This document shows positions 1 to 9,834 of a stretch of DNA of 64,000 bases, piece by piece (the first letter of the stretch is position 1; each line of letters starts with the position of its first letter). The DNA is from an uncultured Chloroflexota bacterium. GTDB taxonomy: Bacteria > Chloroflexota > Anaerolineae > Promineifilales > Promineifilaceae. The translations under genes were made by a program, and so were the position numbers. The notes beneath the pieces are model-generated. The model ran no database searches. It had not been told where the DNA came from and worked only from the letters and a program-made list of their open reading frames with translations. Location of the stretch: contig CAADGU010000415.1 in assembly GCA_900696625.1 (NCBI GenBank), forward strand, positions 3,875-67,874, read 5' to 3'.

Positions 1-2
1 AA

Positions 3-548
3 CAAAGCACCGGGCGCATCATCCATATCCCCAACGGCCTGGTGTTGAAAGAACCGTTAGTCAACACCCACCAGGGCTACCCCTTCATCTGGAACGAAAT
101 TCCGGTGATGGTCACATTTGAAAGCGACTGGGAAAAGGCCAAAGCCATCCTGACCAACATCATCCAGGAGTTGGCGCCCGACATCAGCGAAGGCATCCGC
201 CAGTATGAAAAGCGCCCCGACCGCTTTGTCATTTCCTATGGCAGTTTAGCGCCAATCATTTATACTCGTGTCGCCGACAGCGGCGTGTTATTGACTATGC
301 GCTATCTGGTAGACCCGCGCCGCAAACGGGGCAGCGAAAACGAAATTTGGGAGGCGGTCTTACGCGCCTTCCGGCTGCATGAGGACATTGATTTTGCCTA
401 CCCCACGCAGCGCGAGTTTTTACATTTTCAAGAAGGAAAAAAACCTTACGCGCCCACAACCCAGGAAGAGCCAACCGTTGTTTCCCACAAAGCATGGATG
501 ACATCTGATACCGGTTTCCGGCCCATTCCACCGAAAAAGGACGAGTAA
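3..548 (+). CDS. Mechanosensitive channel MscS-family protein, C-terminal part (starts before window)
   Basis: Open frame from window edge: QSTGRIIHIPN...FIWNEIPVMVTFESDWEKA...DIDFAYPT, typical MscS C-terminal motifs. Confidence 0.8.
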   Translation, partial: QSTGRIIHIPNGLVLKEPLVNTHQGYPFIWNEIPVMVTFESDWEKAKAILTNIIQELAPDISEGIRQYEKRPDRFVISYGSLAPIIYTRVADSGVLLTMRYLVDPRRKRGSENEIWEAVLRAFRLHEDIDFAYPTQREFLHFQEGKKPYAPTTQEEPTVVSHKAWMTSDTGFRPIPPKKDE

Positions 549-620
549 CGGCCGTAACCCGTAATCCGTAATCGGTAATCGGTGAACGGTATGCTGCCGT
601 GCGTTTTAGGATTGATTGCT

Positions 621-2438
621 ATGATAAAACTGACTTCTGATCAACAAGCCATGCTCGATGGTGAACGCGGCGTGGCCGCGCAAATGGCGATGCGCCTGCT
701 GCTGGATATGGCCGCCGCCGCCAATGCCAGCGAACTGATCCCCATTCAGAGCGCCCACCTCTCCGGCGTCTCGCCGCTGACAGGTGGGCTGGGGCTGCGC
801 CAATTCCTGGCCAAACTGGCCCAAGACCCGCAGGCCAAAGTGGCCGTGCCCACCACGCTCAATGCCGCCGGCTGTGACGAAAACCAGTTTGAGGCCATGC
901 GCATCACCGCCCCCCACTTCCGGGAACACAACCAGGAAATTGTGGCCGCCTACACCCGGCTGGGTGTGCGCCCTACCCAATCCTGCATTCCCTACGAATG
1001 GGAGGGGGTAGTGGTCAACGGCCCAGCGGCCTGGGCGGAATCGAACGCCATCTGTTTTGGCAATTCTTACACCGGGCTGCTCACCAACCGGGAATCGGGG
1101 CTGTCGGCATTGGCCTGCGCCCTGACAGGCTACACCCCCCGCTACGGCCTTCTGGACGAAGCCGCCCGCCGCCCCAACCTGGAAGTGATCGTCACCACGC
1201 CATTGAGCGACCCCACCGACTTTTCTGTTTTGGGCGATTGGATTGGCAAACAGCGCACACCGGCCTGGAAAACGCCCTATGGCCCTATTCCGCTGATTAA
1301 AGGGCTGCCCACCGATTTGAACCACGAGCAAAAGAAGGCGTTGACAGCCGCTGCCGCTAACTATGGCAGCCCGTTACTCTATCTGGACGGGCACGGCCCT
1401 GTCCCGGACGGGGATTTTCAGGCACAGTTGGTTTTTGGCGAGGGAGAATTGAGGGAACGGTATGAAAAGTTACGGCCGTCCCAATCCCCCTCCCTCATCG
1501 CCATTGGCTGCCCCCAGGCGTCGGTTGGGGAACTACGCGCGGTGGCCGAACTGCTCAAAGGGCGACAGTTGCATCCTGATGCGCCGCCGCTGTGGGTCTT
1601 CACCTCCTCGGCCAACAAAGCCATTGCCCAAAAACTGGGCCTGGCCGACATCATTACCAACGCCGGGGCGCTGCTGCTGGAAAACACCTGCCCGGAAGTG
1701 GTGCCCTACGACCCCGCCTGGGTGCAATCCGTCCTCACCAACTCCATGAAAGCGGAGCATTACATCAAGTCCGGGCTGAATGGCGTCCCAACGGCCGTGA
1801 TGCGCCTGGCAGACTGCGTGGCTGTAGCCTTAGGGGAACTAGAGATTGGGAGATTGCCAACCGGAGGTTGGGGAGATTGGGAGATTGGTGATCACCCCCT
1901 CACCTCATCACCCCGCACTGTCCCCAGCGCCCACCCCCTCACCCCCTCACCTGCTCACCACTTACCGCTCACTGCTCACCGCTCACTGCCCACCGGCCCC
2001 TTCACCGCCACCGGTCACGGCTTGCCCTCCCAGCAAGCCTTCACCGTCACCGGCCAGGCGTTTGTGACGGACACGCCCATCACGTTGTTGGGTTTTGTGA
2101 ACCGGGAGACAGGGGTGATTGAAGAGGAAGGGCATCCGGCCAACGGCCGTAGCCTGGCCCACAAGATCGCCATCTTCCCCAAAGGCAGCGGCTCCACCGT
2201 CGCCCCCTACGTGCTGCTGGAACTGTTTTACCGGGGCAATGCCCCCCTGGCCATCGTCAACACCGAAATTGACCAGCAAAGCGCGCCTGCCTGTTCGCTG
2301 GAAGGCATCCCCTACGCCTACGACTTCGACGCTGATGTCATTGCCCACATCAACGACGGCGATACCGTTGAACTCAGCCGCCAGGGAGAGTACGTCACCA
2401 TTCGCGTCCTGGCCCGCCGCGAGATAAAACGTTTGTAG
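621..2438 (+). CDS. Aconitase X fusion (DUF521 catalytic + DUF126 swivel domain); possible phosphomevalonate dehydratase
   Basis: WAESNA, TNRESG, IGCPQAS, NTC and TNSMKA motifs, then C-terminal GFVNRETG...FPKGSGST swivel domain; ATG at 621. Confidence 0.8.
   Translation: MIKLTSDQQAMLDGERGVAAQMAMRLLLDMAAAANASELIPIQSAHLSGVSPLTGGLGLRQFLAKLAQDPQAKVAVPTTLNAAGCDENQFEAMRITAPHFREHNQEIVAAYTRLGVRPTQSCIPYEWEGVVVNGPAAWAESNAICFGNSYTGLLTNRESGLSALACALTGYTPRYGLLDEAARRPNLEVIVTTPLSDPTDFSVLGDWIGKQRTPAWKTPYGPIPLIKGLPTDLNHEQKKALTAAAANYGSPLLYLDGHGPVPDGDFQAQLVFGEGELRERYEKLRPSQSPSLIAIGCPQASVGELRAVAELLKGRQLHPDAPPLWVFTSSANKAIAQKLGLADIITNAGALLLENTCPEVVPYDPAWVQSVLTNSMKAEHYIKSGLNGVPTAVMRLADCVAVALGELEIGRLPTGGWGDWEIGDHPLTSSPRTVPSAHPLTPSPAHHLPLTAHRSLPTGPFTATGHGLPSQQAFTVTGQAFVTDTPITLLGFVNRETGVIEEEGHPANGRSLAHKIAIFPKGSGSTVAPYVLLELFYRGNAPLAIVNTEIDQQSAPACSLEGIPYAYDFDADVIAHINDGDTVELSRQGEYVTIRVLARREIKRL
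1842..2006. repeat. Composite low-complexity repeat inserted in frame in the AcnX linker; inverted copy at 4123-4258
   Basis: 1842-1914 is the exact reverse complement of 4186-4258; 1982-2006 matches 4123-4147. Confidence 0.85.
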
Positions 2439-2486
2439 TAGGCGATTTATCGCCTGCAAAGGGCGATAAATCGCCTACTACAAACG
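2430..2486. repeat. GTAG-type REP-like palindrome / terminator
   Basis: 25-bp perfect arms CGTTTGTAGTAGGCGATTTATCGCC / GGCGATAAATCGCCTACTACAAACG, 7-nt loop. Confidence 0.85.
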
Positions 2487-2510
2487 ACAAACCTGTTACA
2501 AGGATACACA

Positions 2511-3731
2511 ATGTCGCATGACTTATTAGATTTATTACTGGCGCTGGTCATCATCGTCATTGCCGCCAAAGCATGTGGCTACCTCAGCATGAGGTTGGGG
2601 CAGCCCTCGGTGTTGGGTGAACTGATGGCCGGCATCATTCTTGGCCCCACCCTGCTCAATATCTTCCACACCATACCCGCCTTTAACGACTCGGAATTGT
2701 TGAGCATCACGGTGGCCGAGTTTGCCGAGTTGGGGGTGCTGGTGCTGATGATGCTCGCCGGGCTGGAACTGCACCTGTCCGATTTGCTCAAATCCGGCAA
2801 AGTATCGGCGATTACGGGGACGATGGGCGTTTTTGTGCCGGTGGTGTTGGGGTATGGCACGGCCGTACTCTTTGGTCTGAGTTCTACAGAAGCCTTGTTT
2901 GTGGGCATCGCCCTCTCCGCCACCAGCGTCAGCATCTCCGCCCAAACACTGATGGAGTTGGGCGTCTTACGCAGCCGGGTGGGCATTGCCTTGTTGGGCG
3001 CGGCCGTGTTTGATGACATCCTGGGCATCCTCCTGCTCTCCGTTGCCTCGGCGCTCTTCATCGGCGCCAGCAGCAGCCGTGACTCCGTCGGCATGGTCGT
3101 CTTCCGCATGGTCGCCTTCCTCGGCGGCGCCGGTATTCTGGGCTACCTGTTCATCCCCCGCCTCACCCGCTGGATTAACAGACTGGAGATTTTCCAGGGA
3201 CTCATCGCCTTCGCCCTGGTGTTGTGCTTTCTCTACGCCTGGGCGTCTGAAGCGATCGGTGGCGTGGCCGGCATCACCGGCGCCTTTATGGTGGGGCTCA
3301 TGTTGGGGCTGACCCCCTATCGCTCAGAAATCATCAACGGCCTTTCCGCCATTGCCTATGGCCTGTTTGTGCCCGTCTTCTTTGTGAACATTGGCCTGAA
3401 CGTGGACTTGTTGAGCATTAGCGGTTCGGCCTGGATTTTTGCCATCACGCTCACCACAGTCGCCATCCTCAGCAAGGTTGTTGGCTGTGGGTTGGGCGGG
3501 CGTCTGAGCGGCTTCACCAACCGGGAATCGCTGCAATTGGGCATCGGCATGGTTTCGCGCGGTGAAGTTGGCCTGATTGTGGCCGCCTTCGCCATTTCTC
3601 AGGGCGTATTAAGCCAAAACACATTCTCCATTATCGTGTTTATGGTCATCATCGCCACCTTAGTCACACCGCCTATGCTGCGCAATGCTTTCAGAGGACA
3701 GGCGCAAAAACAACCGGCAAAAGGAGTTTAG
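2511..3731 (+). CDS. Cation:proton antiporter (CPA2, Na+/H+ exchanger family)
   Basis: GQPSVLGELMAG, ALSATS, AAVFDD and GMVSRGEV motifs; multi-TM. Confidence 0.92.
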   Translation: MSHDLLDLLLALVIIVIAAKACGYLSMRLGQPSVLGELMAGIILGPTLLNIFHTIPAFNDSELLSITVAEFAELGVLVLMMLAGLELHLSDLLKSGKVSAITGTMGVFVPVVLGYGTAVLFGLSSTEALFVGIALSATSVSISAQTLMELGVLRSRVGIALLGAAVFDDILGILLLSVASALFIGASSSRDSVGMVVFRMVAFLGGAGILGYLFIPRLTRWINRLEIFQGLIAFALVLCFLYAWASEAIGGVAGITGAFMVGLMLGLTPYRSEIINGLSAIAYGLFVPVFFVNIGLNVDLLSISGSAWIFAITLTTVAILSKVVGCGLGGRLSGFTNRESLQLGIGMVSRGEVGLIVAAFAISQGVLSQNTFSIIVFMVIIATLVTPPMLRNAFRGQAQKQPAKGV

Positions 3732-3733
3732 CA

Positions 3734-4111
3734 ATGTACCATATGGTTCTTCTCATTTTGAATGATCTGGATGACTGCACACCCGTCCTGGACGCCTGGG
3801 AAGCATTGGGTGTTGGCGGCATCACCATCCTGGAAAGCACCGGTCTAGGCCATGCCCGCAAATCAGGCATCCGCGAAAACATGCCCACCATGCCCTCGCT
3901 GGCCGACTTCTTCCGCCGTTCCGAACACCGCCACCGTACCATTTTCACCGTTGTAGACAGTGAGGAAATGGCCGATAAGCTCATTGAGGTCACGGAACAA
4001 ACCCTCGGCAATTTAGAAAGCGCCGACAATGGCGTCTTGTTTGTGCTGCCGGTTTCCAAAGCCAAAGGCATTCGCGGCGGCCAAAAACGGGCGCAGGAGC
4101 GGCGGGGGTGA
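3734..4111 (+). CDS. P-II-like small regulatory protein
   Basis: GVGGITILESTGLG...GVLFVLPV, PII-superfamily pattern; coupled to antiporter gene. Confidence 0.7.
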   Translation: MYHMVLLILNDLDDCTPVLDAWEALGVGGITILESTGLGHARKSGIRENMPTMPSLADFFRRSEHRHRTIFTVVDSEEMADKLIEVTEQTLGNLESADNGVLFVLPVSKAKGIRGGQKRAQERRG

Positions 4112-4122
4112 TGGGGTGAGCA

Positions 4123-4258
4123 GGTGAAGGGGCCGGTGGGCAGTGAGAGGTGAGCGGTGAGCAGGTGAGGGGGTGATGGGGTGATGGGGTGATGAGGTGA
4201 GGGGGTGATCACCAATCTCCCAATCTCCCCAACCTCCGGTTGGCAATCTCCCAATCTC
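4123..4258. repeat. Inverted copy of the 1842-2006 repeat between convergent genes
   Basis: Exact reverse-complement blocks of 73 and 25 bp. Confidence 0.85.
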
Positions 4259-4316
4259 CCGATTACTGTGGCCGATCTCCAGACATAGCCACATAGGGAT
4301 ATACGGCCGTACCTAC

Positions 4317-5276
4317 TCACTCACCAACCACACGTTCAATAAACGCCCGGCTTTCGGCAGCGATCACGTCGGGGGCATAGTTGTGCAGATAATGGGGCAC
4401 ATCCAGCGCCAGAGATTCTCCCCCGGCGGCGGCCGCGTAAGCGATCAAAATGTCAGGCCAGTTGTCCAGCGCCACATCGGAAGCGTTGGAGACAAAAAAG
4501 AAGAGGGGAACGTCGGGGATACCTGTAGCGGCTACCAGTTGCGGATTGCCTGTGGCCTTTATTTCGGCCAGCATGTTGGGCGTCAGGGTGCGCCGGTAAA
4601 AGAGGGAGCAGAAGACGGCCGTTTCTTCGGCCGTTAAATGCCCTTCGCTAACAGCGGCAAACTCGTGACACACGGATGCTCCTGACCGGATCACCCCCGT
4701 GCGCGCCGCAAACGTGATGACGGAAAGCATCAATTGCGGCGGCGGCGGCATGACTTCATAAATTTCAGGCAAGGCCGGGTCCAGCCCCACAATGGCCGCC
4801 ACCTCATCGGGATAGAGGTTGGCCCAATAAAGCGCCTCCAACCCGGCCATCGAGTGCGGAAACAACACGTAGGGCGGACTTTCCCCCGCCAGTTGCAGCG
4901 CCAGGCGTGTTTCGGCCAGGACGGTGTCAATGTCGCGGGGCGTGTCGCCTATTTCGCTCCAGCCATAACCGGCCCGCTCCACAACGGCAATACGGTATTC
5001 GTCTGAGAGGCGGCTGTAGAGCGCCTTGAAATCCAATGTGGGGGCGCTGGTGCCGCTGCCCGACAGAAAAACCAGCGTCAATGGCCCCTCCCCTGATCCC
5101 TCCCCTTCGCTGTAAACGTGCAACTTATGGTCCCCCACGGCGACCATTTGGCCCGGCGGCGGATAGAGTGTTTCTTCTTGCACCGAACGAATCGTGTGAT
5201 TGACAAAACTACCCCCAATCAACAGCACCAGTAAAATAACAATTCCCAGGGTAATCCATTTGAGTACTCGTTTCAC
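4317..5276 (-). CDS. Membrane-anchored alpha/beta hydrolase
   Basis: N-terminal TM, ERAGYGWS, PHSMAG nucleophile elbow, C-terminal His. Confidence 0.85.
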   Translation of the reverse strand: MKRVLKWITLGIVILLVLLIGGSFVNHTIRSVQEETLYPPPGQMVAVGDHKLHVYSEGEGSGEGPLTLVFLSGSGTSAPTLDFKALYSRLSDEYRIAVVERAGYGWSEIGDTPRDIDTVLAETRLALQLAGESPPYVLFPHSMAGLEALYWANLYPDEVAAIVGLDPALPEIYEVMPPPPQLMLSVITFAARTGVIRSGASVCHEFAAVSEGHLTAEETAVFCSLFYRRTLTPNMLAEIKATGNPQLVAATGIPDVPLFFFVSNASDVALDNWPDILIAYAAAAGGESLALDVPHYLHNYAPDVIAAESRAFIERVVGE

Positions 5277-5346
5277 TATGACCTCACTTCATTAAAAAAA
5301 GTTCATCTTTTCCCAAAAGTTGAACTTTTGGGAACCTGGTTGAAAG

Positions 5347-7218
5347 CTAGTCCAGATGCGCTTTCACCGCTTCGGCCACTTCCACGGGGATGCCGGGCAC
5401 GGTGGCGATCTCCTCGACGGTGGCCTGGCGAATGCCGTCTAGCGAGCCGAAGCGATCGAGCAGCAGTTTGCGCCGCTTGGGGCCAACACCGGGGATGCCG
5501 TCCAAAATGGAAGCCGTGCCCACCTTTGACCGCTGCTTGCGGTGCCCCTCGTTGGCAAAACGGTGCGCCTCGTCCCGTACCCGCTGCACCAGATACAACC
5601 CCTGCGACCGCCGATCCAACAGAATGGAGCGGGGGTTGCCGGGCACAAATAACTCTTCCTCTTGTTTGGCCAGACCGGCCAGCGGCACTTCCCCTTCCAG
5701 CCCAAATTCGCGCAGCACATGCACAGCCATACTCAACTGCCCCTTGCCGCCGTCCACAATGAGCAGGTCGGGCAAGATGGCCCAGGCCGTATCTTTTTGC
5801 TTGCCGATCTGGCTGGCATCATGCAGTTCACCGTCCAGCGATTCCTGGTAACGTTGGAAGCGGCGGGTAAGTGTCTCTTTCATCGCGCCAAAGTCGTCAT
5901 TGGTGACGGTGCGGATGTTAAAGCGGCGGTAGTCGCTCTTTTTGGGCGCGCCCTGCACAAACACGACCATGGAGGCAACGGTGTTGGTACCCTGTGTGTG
6001 GCTGATGTCGTAACATTCGATGCGAGCGGGCGGTGTGGGCAGATTAAGCGCCTCTTGCAGTTCGGCCAGGGCCTGTACGTGTTTGGAGCGGTCGGCTTCC
6101 CACTGCTGGCGGATGGTGTTCAGGGTGTCCTGGGCGTTGGTGGCGGCCATTTGCACCAGCTCTTTTTTCTTGCCCTTTTGGGGCACGGTGATGGTGACTT
6201 TGGTGCTGCGTTTCTGGCGCAGCCACTCTTCGATGACCATGGCTTCGGAGACTTCGCTGGGCAGCAGCACTTCTTTGGGGATGTGGGCGGCTTCGTCGTA
6301 GAAGCGGGTGAGGAAGTCGCTGAGGATGGTTTCGTCGCTTTCGCCTTCGGCATTGTCTAGCATGAAGTATTCACGGCCGATCAATTTGCCGTAGCGGATG
6401 AAAAAGACCTGAACGCAGGCGTCGCCCTGGTCGCGGGCAAAGGCGATGACGTCCTGGTCGGCGTTGGCGGCGGAGATGACTTTTTGTTTGGCGGTGACTT
6501 TGGTCACGGCCGTTAACTGATCCCGATACTCTGCCGCCTTCTCAAATTGCAAATTTTCCGCTGCCCGCGCCATCTTTTGCTCTATCTCTTTGGCAATGTG
6601 TTCCGACTTGCCATTCAGAAAATCCATCAGGTTTTGAATCATAGCCCGGTACTGTTCCCGGTTCACCGCGCCAATGCAGGGGCCGTTGCACAGCTTGATG
6701 TCATAGTACAGGCAGGCGCGTTCGTCTTGCCCATTGATGATGCGGTCACACGTCAGGTAGGGGAAAATTTTGCGCAGCATGTCCAGCGTCTGATGCACGG
6801 CCCAGACAGAGGTGTAGGGGCCAAAGTAACGCGCCCCGTCCCGCTCCATGCGCCGGGTGACGGTCACTTTGGGGAAATCATCCTGCCAATGCACCTTGAT
6901 GTAGGGGTAGCGTTTATCGTCTTTGAGGCGGATGTTGTATTTGGGCTTGTGCTTTTTGATGAGGGTGTTTTCCAGCAGCAGCGCTTCCAGTTCGCTTTCG
7001 GTGGTGATAATTTCCAGGTCGAAGATTTCGCGGCGCAGGCGGGACGTTTTGATGGAGTCTACATTTTCGTGGAAGTAGGAACGGACGCGGCTGCGCAGGT
7101 TAATCGCTTTGCCCACGTAAATGATCGTGCCGTACTTATCTTTATGTAAATAAACGCCTGGTTTGGCGGGCAGTTTTTTCAGGATTTCCTGGATGCTTTC
7201 GGGGGGAAGGTAACTCAT
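5347..7218 (-). CDS. uvrC: Excinuclease ABC subunit C
   Basis: GIY-YIG (PGVY..IYVGKA), UVR domain, RIECYDISH, DGGKGQ, RDEAHRFA, HhH. Confidence 0.98.
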   Translation of the reverse strand: MSYLPPESIQEILKKLPAKPGVYLHKDKYGTIIYVGKAINLRSRVRSYFHENVDSIKTSRLRREIFDLEIITTESELEALLLENTLIKKHKPKYNIRLKDDKRYPYIKVHWQDDFPKVTVTRRMERDGARYFGPYTSVWAVHQTLDMLRKIFPYLTCDRIINGQDERACLYYDIKLCNGPCIGAVNREQYRAMIQNLMDFLNGKSEHIAKEIEQKMARAAENLQFEKAAEYRDQLTAVTKVTAKQKVISAANADQDVIAFARDQGDACVQVFFIRYGKLIGREYFMLDNAEGESDETILSDFLTRFYDEAAHIPKEVLLPSEVSEAMVIEEWLRQKRSTKVTITVPQKGKKKELVQMAATNAQDTLNTIRQQWEADRSKHVQALAELQEALNLPTPPARIECYDISHTQGTNTVASMVVFVQGAPKKSDYRRFNIRTVTNDDFGAMKETLTRRFQRYQESLDGELHDASQIGKQKDTAWAILPDLLIVDGGKGQLSMAVHVLREFGLEGEVPLAGLAKQEEELFVPGNPRSILLDRRSQGLYLVQRVRDEAHRFANEGHRKQRSKVGTASILDGIPGVGPKRRKLLLDRFGSLDGIRQATVEEIATVPGIPVEVAEAVKAHLD

Positions 7219-7304
7219 GGGTTAAGTCTCAAATTGTTGGAGATCAGGAGATTGGGGGATTGGGAGATTGAAAAGCATAATCTCTCAGCCTCCTAATCTC
7301 ATTC

Positions 7305-7727
7305 TTAATGCATCGGCCAGAGTTGAAACCCGGCCTGGACAAAATGGTGGTCAAAAGTAAATGCCTGATACAGTCCCAATTGGCGCATCAAGACAAAGCT
7401 GGTGCAATCGGTAAAGGCCCATGTCTTATCACTATAAGTCTGGAACATTTGCCAGGCTGCCCCCCATACGGCTTCATCCACGCGCACAAGTTCAACATTG
7501 CCGGCATTTAGTAACCAACGGCCAAATTGAACGGCCGCTGCGTGGTATGTGCGCGTAAGCAAGAAAGTAATCGCTTCATCAAAAACATAATCTGAAGTAA
7601 TCAGGCGCAGATGATAACTGCGCAACGATCTTAATGCCGCCGTCGCCACCGCATGATATTGATCTTGCCCATCGTAAAGGGCGATCCAACCACTGCTGTC
7701 CACGAACAACTCAATTTCATGTGTCAT
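7305..7727 (-). CDS. PIN-domain toxin (VapC-like)
   Basis: FVDSSGW, TSDYVFDE, FTDCTSF, FTFDHHF. Confidence 0.9.
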   Translation of the reverse strand: MTHEIELFVDSSGWIALYDGQDQYHAVATAALRSLRSYHLRLITSDYVFDEAITFLLTRTYHAAAVQFGRWLLNAGNVELVRVDEAVWGAAWQMFQTYSDKTWAFTDCTSFVLMRQLGLYQAFTFDHHFVQAGFQLWPMH

Positions 7728-8007
7728 GCTCTACAGGATCCCAGTCTCGCGCATAGATGTATTTGTCATGATTAACAGAACCATCATTGACGCCACTTTT
7801 GATCATCCCAATTATTTCCCATATGGGGTCATCGTCCGTGAGGATGGGCGCCTGTGCCCTGGCTTCACCAGTGGCTACAACGTATTCCACCAGGGCTTCC
7901 CGAATCTGGTCAGCCATGGTGATGCCCTCCCGTTCGGCGCGGGCTTTGATCTGGTCGTAGATGTCTCGCGGCAGGTAAACCTGGGTACGTACCATATTTT
8001 CCGCCAT
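7717..8007 (-). CDS. Ribbon-helix-helix antitoxin (VapB/CopG-like)
   Basis: RTQVYL...ITMADQIREAL...HDKYIY; overlaps PIN gene; GGAGG SD upstream. Confidence 0.8.
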   Translation of the reverse strand: MAENMVRTQVYLPRDIYDQIKARAEREGITMADQIREALVEYVVATGEARAQAPILTDDDPIWEIIGMIKSGVNDGSVNHDKYIYARDWDPVEHDT

Positions 8008-8282
8008 ATTTGCCTCCAACTGCCATTAGATGTATGGAGTATACATCTACGAATGATTGAGGGCAATTTCTTGACAAGTAGTGCCAGGCAAGGGGCTGTA
8101 TGGCCTTGGTCAATCAACATGGTTCTGCCCTTTGCCTGGTACTGCCTGGCGTATCAACAAAAAATTCGCGCACATACACACGGCCGTACCCGCTTTATGC
8201 TAGAATTGGCGGCAGAAATAGGGAGATTGGAGATTGGAGATGGACACATCTCTAGTCTCCAATCTCTAATCTCAGATAACTT

Positions 8283-8951
8283 TTGAGTGAAAATTTGAGT
8301 ACCAACAATTTTACTACCAAACGTGAACGCATGGTACGGGAACAGATTATGGGGCGGGGTATTGAGGACACGGCCGTACTCCGCGCCATGCGCACTGTGC
8401 CCCGTGAACAATTTGTGTTGGACGAGTACCGCGACTACGCCTACGATGACAGCCCGCTGCCCATCCCTGCCCACCAGACCATCTCTCAACCGTATGTGGT
8501 CGCCTATATGCTGGAAGCGATGGATTTGCAGCCGCGGGATCGGGTGCTGGAAATTGGCGCGGGTTCGGGGTATGTGGCGGCGCTGCTCAGTCATATTGTG
8601 GCCGAAGTGCATACGGTGGAACGGCACGAGCGGCTGGTGTGGTATGCCCGTGAACGGCTGGCGGCGTTGGGCTATGACAATGTGTGGGTACATCATGGGG
8701 ATGGTTCACTCGGTTGGCCGCCGGCGGCGCCGTATGATGGCATTGTGGTAGCGGCGGGCGGGCCGATTGTGCCGCCCACACTCAAGCAGCAGATGAAAGT
8801 TCACGGCCGTCTGGTGATGCCGGTGGGTAAACGCGGCAGCCAAACCCTGGTGCGGCTGGTGCGCCTCAGCGACGACGACTACCAACACCTCAACCTCGGC
8901 CCTGTCAAGTTTGTGCCCCTGGTGGGGGAAGAGGGGTGGGGGAAAGAGTGA
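8283..8951 (+). CDS. pcm: Protein-L-isoaspartate O-methyltransferase
   Basis: QTISQPY, VLEIGAGSGY, APYDGI, FVPL. Confidence 0.95.
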   Translation: MSENLSTNNFTTKRERMVREQIMGRGIEDTAVLRAMRTVPREQFVLDEYRDYAYDDSPLPIPAHQTISQPYVVAYMLEAMDLQPRDRVLEIGAGSGYVAALLSHIVAEVHTVERHERLVWYARERLAALGYDNVWVHHGDGSLGWPPAAPYDGIVVAAGGPIVPPTLKQQMKVHGRLVMPVGKRGSQTLVRLVRLSDDDYQHLNLGPVKFVPLVGEEGWGKE

Positions 8952-9103
8952 GCGGTGGGCAGTGAGCGGTGAGCAGTGAGCAGTGAGCGGTGGGCAGTGA
9001 GCGGTGGGCAGTGAGCAGGTGAAAGGGTGACAAGGTGAGCTTTCAATCTCCCAATCTCTAATCTCCAGTCTCCCAATTACCAAATTACTCAATTACTCAA
9101 TTA
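8948..9103. repeat. Short tandem heptamer/octamer repeats in convergent intergenic region
   Basis: (GTGAGCG/GTGGGCA/GTGAGCA)n, then (AATCTCC)n and (AATTACTC)n. Confidence 0.75.
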
Positions 9104-9109
9104 CCCTCC

Positions 9110-9775
9110 TCAAAACGGCCACAGCGATAAAATTAGAATGGCGGCGGCGGTGATGGTGAGGTTGTCCAGGCCCCAGATGGAGACGGCTTCGATGAGGGTG
9201 GTGACGACGGTGACGGTAAGGGCGGGGGCGATGGCTTGCAGGGGGGTGATGACCGGCGAGCCGGGAATCATCCACAAGGCCAGCCAGGTAAAGATCAAAC
9301 AGGCCACAAAAAAGCCCAGTGAGCCTTCGTAGGTGCGGGTGTGGGAAGCGACAATGTAGTGACGACGGCCGTAAGCCTTACCCACCACCGGCGCCATGCC
9401 ATCCCCCCACGTCAACGGCATCAAGGCGGCTACCATCAGCGGTGGTTGATCCCAGAACACCAGCGCCACCACCCCGGCTGCCAACGGAAAGTAGACCGTG
9501 CCCAGGTTAGAGCGGTCGCTGCTGGCCATGGCCGCAAAAAAGCCGTAGCGCCAATCCAGCAGGTTGATGATCATAAAAGCGACACAGGCAGCCACAAACG
9601 GCCAGGGATTATCAAAGAGGAAATGTAAAAACCAGCTCATCATGCCCACGCCAATGTGGATGACCTTGCGCGTAAAGCCGCTGCCATAGCCGCGCCAACG
9701 ACGCAGCCCTTCGGCCAGACCGATGATGGCAAAGACGTAGGTGAGACAGATGATGAAGCCGAGGAAATTGTTCAT
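9110..9775 (-). CDS. Polyprenol/phytol kinase family (CTP-transferase-like) membrane protein
   Basis: TRKVIHIGVG, WGDGMA..VG..YG, RTYEGS, GLDNL. Confidence 0.85.
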   Translation of the reverse strand: MNNFLGFIICLTYVFAIIGLAEGLRRWRGYGSGFTRKVIHIGVGMMSWFLHFLFDNPWPFVAACVAFMIINLLDWRYGFFAAMASSDRSNLGTVYFPLAAGVVALVFWDQPPLMVAALMPLTWGDGMAPVVGKAYGRRHYIVASHTRTYEGSLGFFVACLIFTWLALWMIPGSPVITPLQAIAPALTVTVVTTLIEAVSIWGLDNLTITAAAILILSLWPF

Positions 9776-9834
9776 GGGTGTCAGGTGTTCAGGGGTTCAG
9801 GTATTCACGTAAACACTTGAATACCTGGACACGA

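Noticed and set aside
1842..4258. Transposon bounded by inverted repeats
   Set aside because: No transposase or target-site duplication; arms consist of host low-complexity repeats
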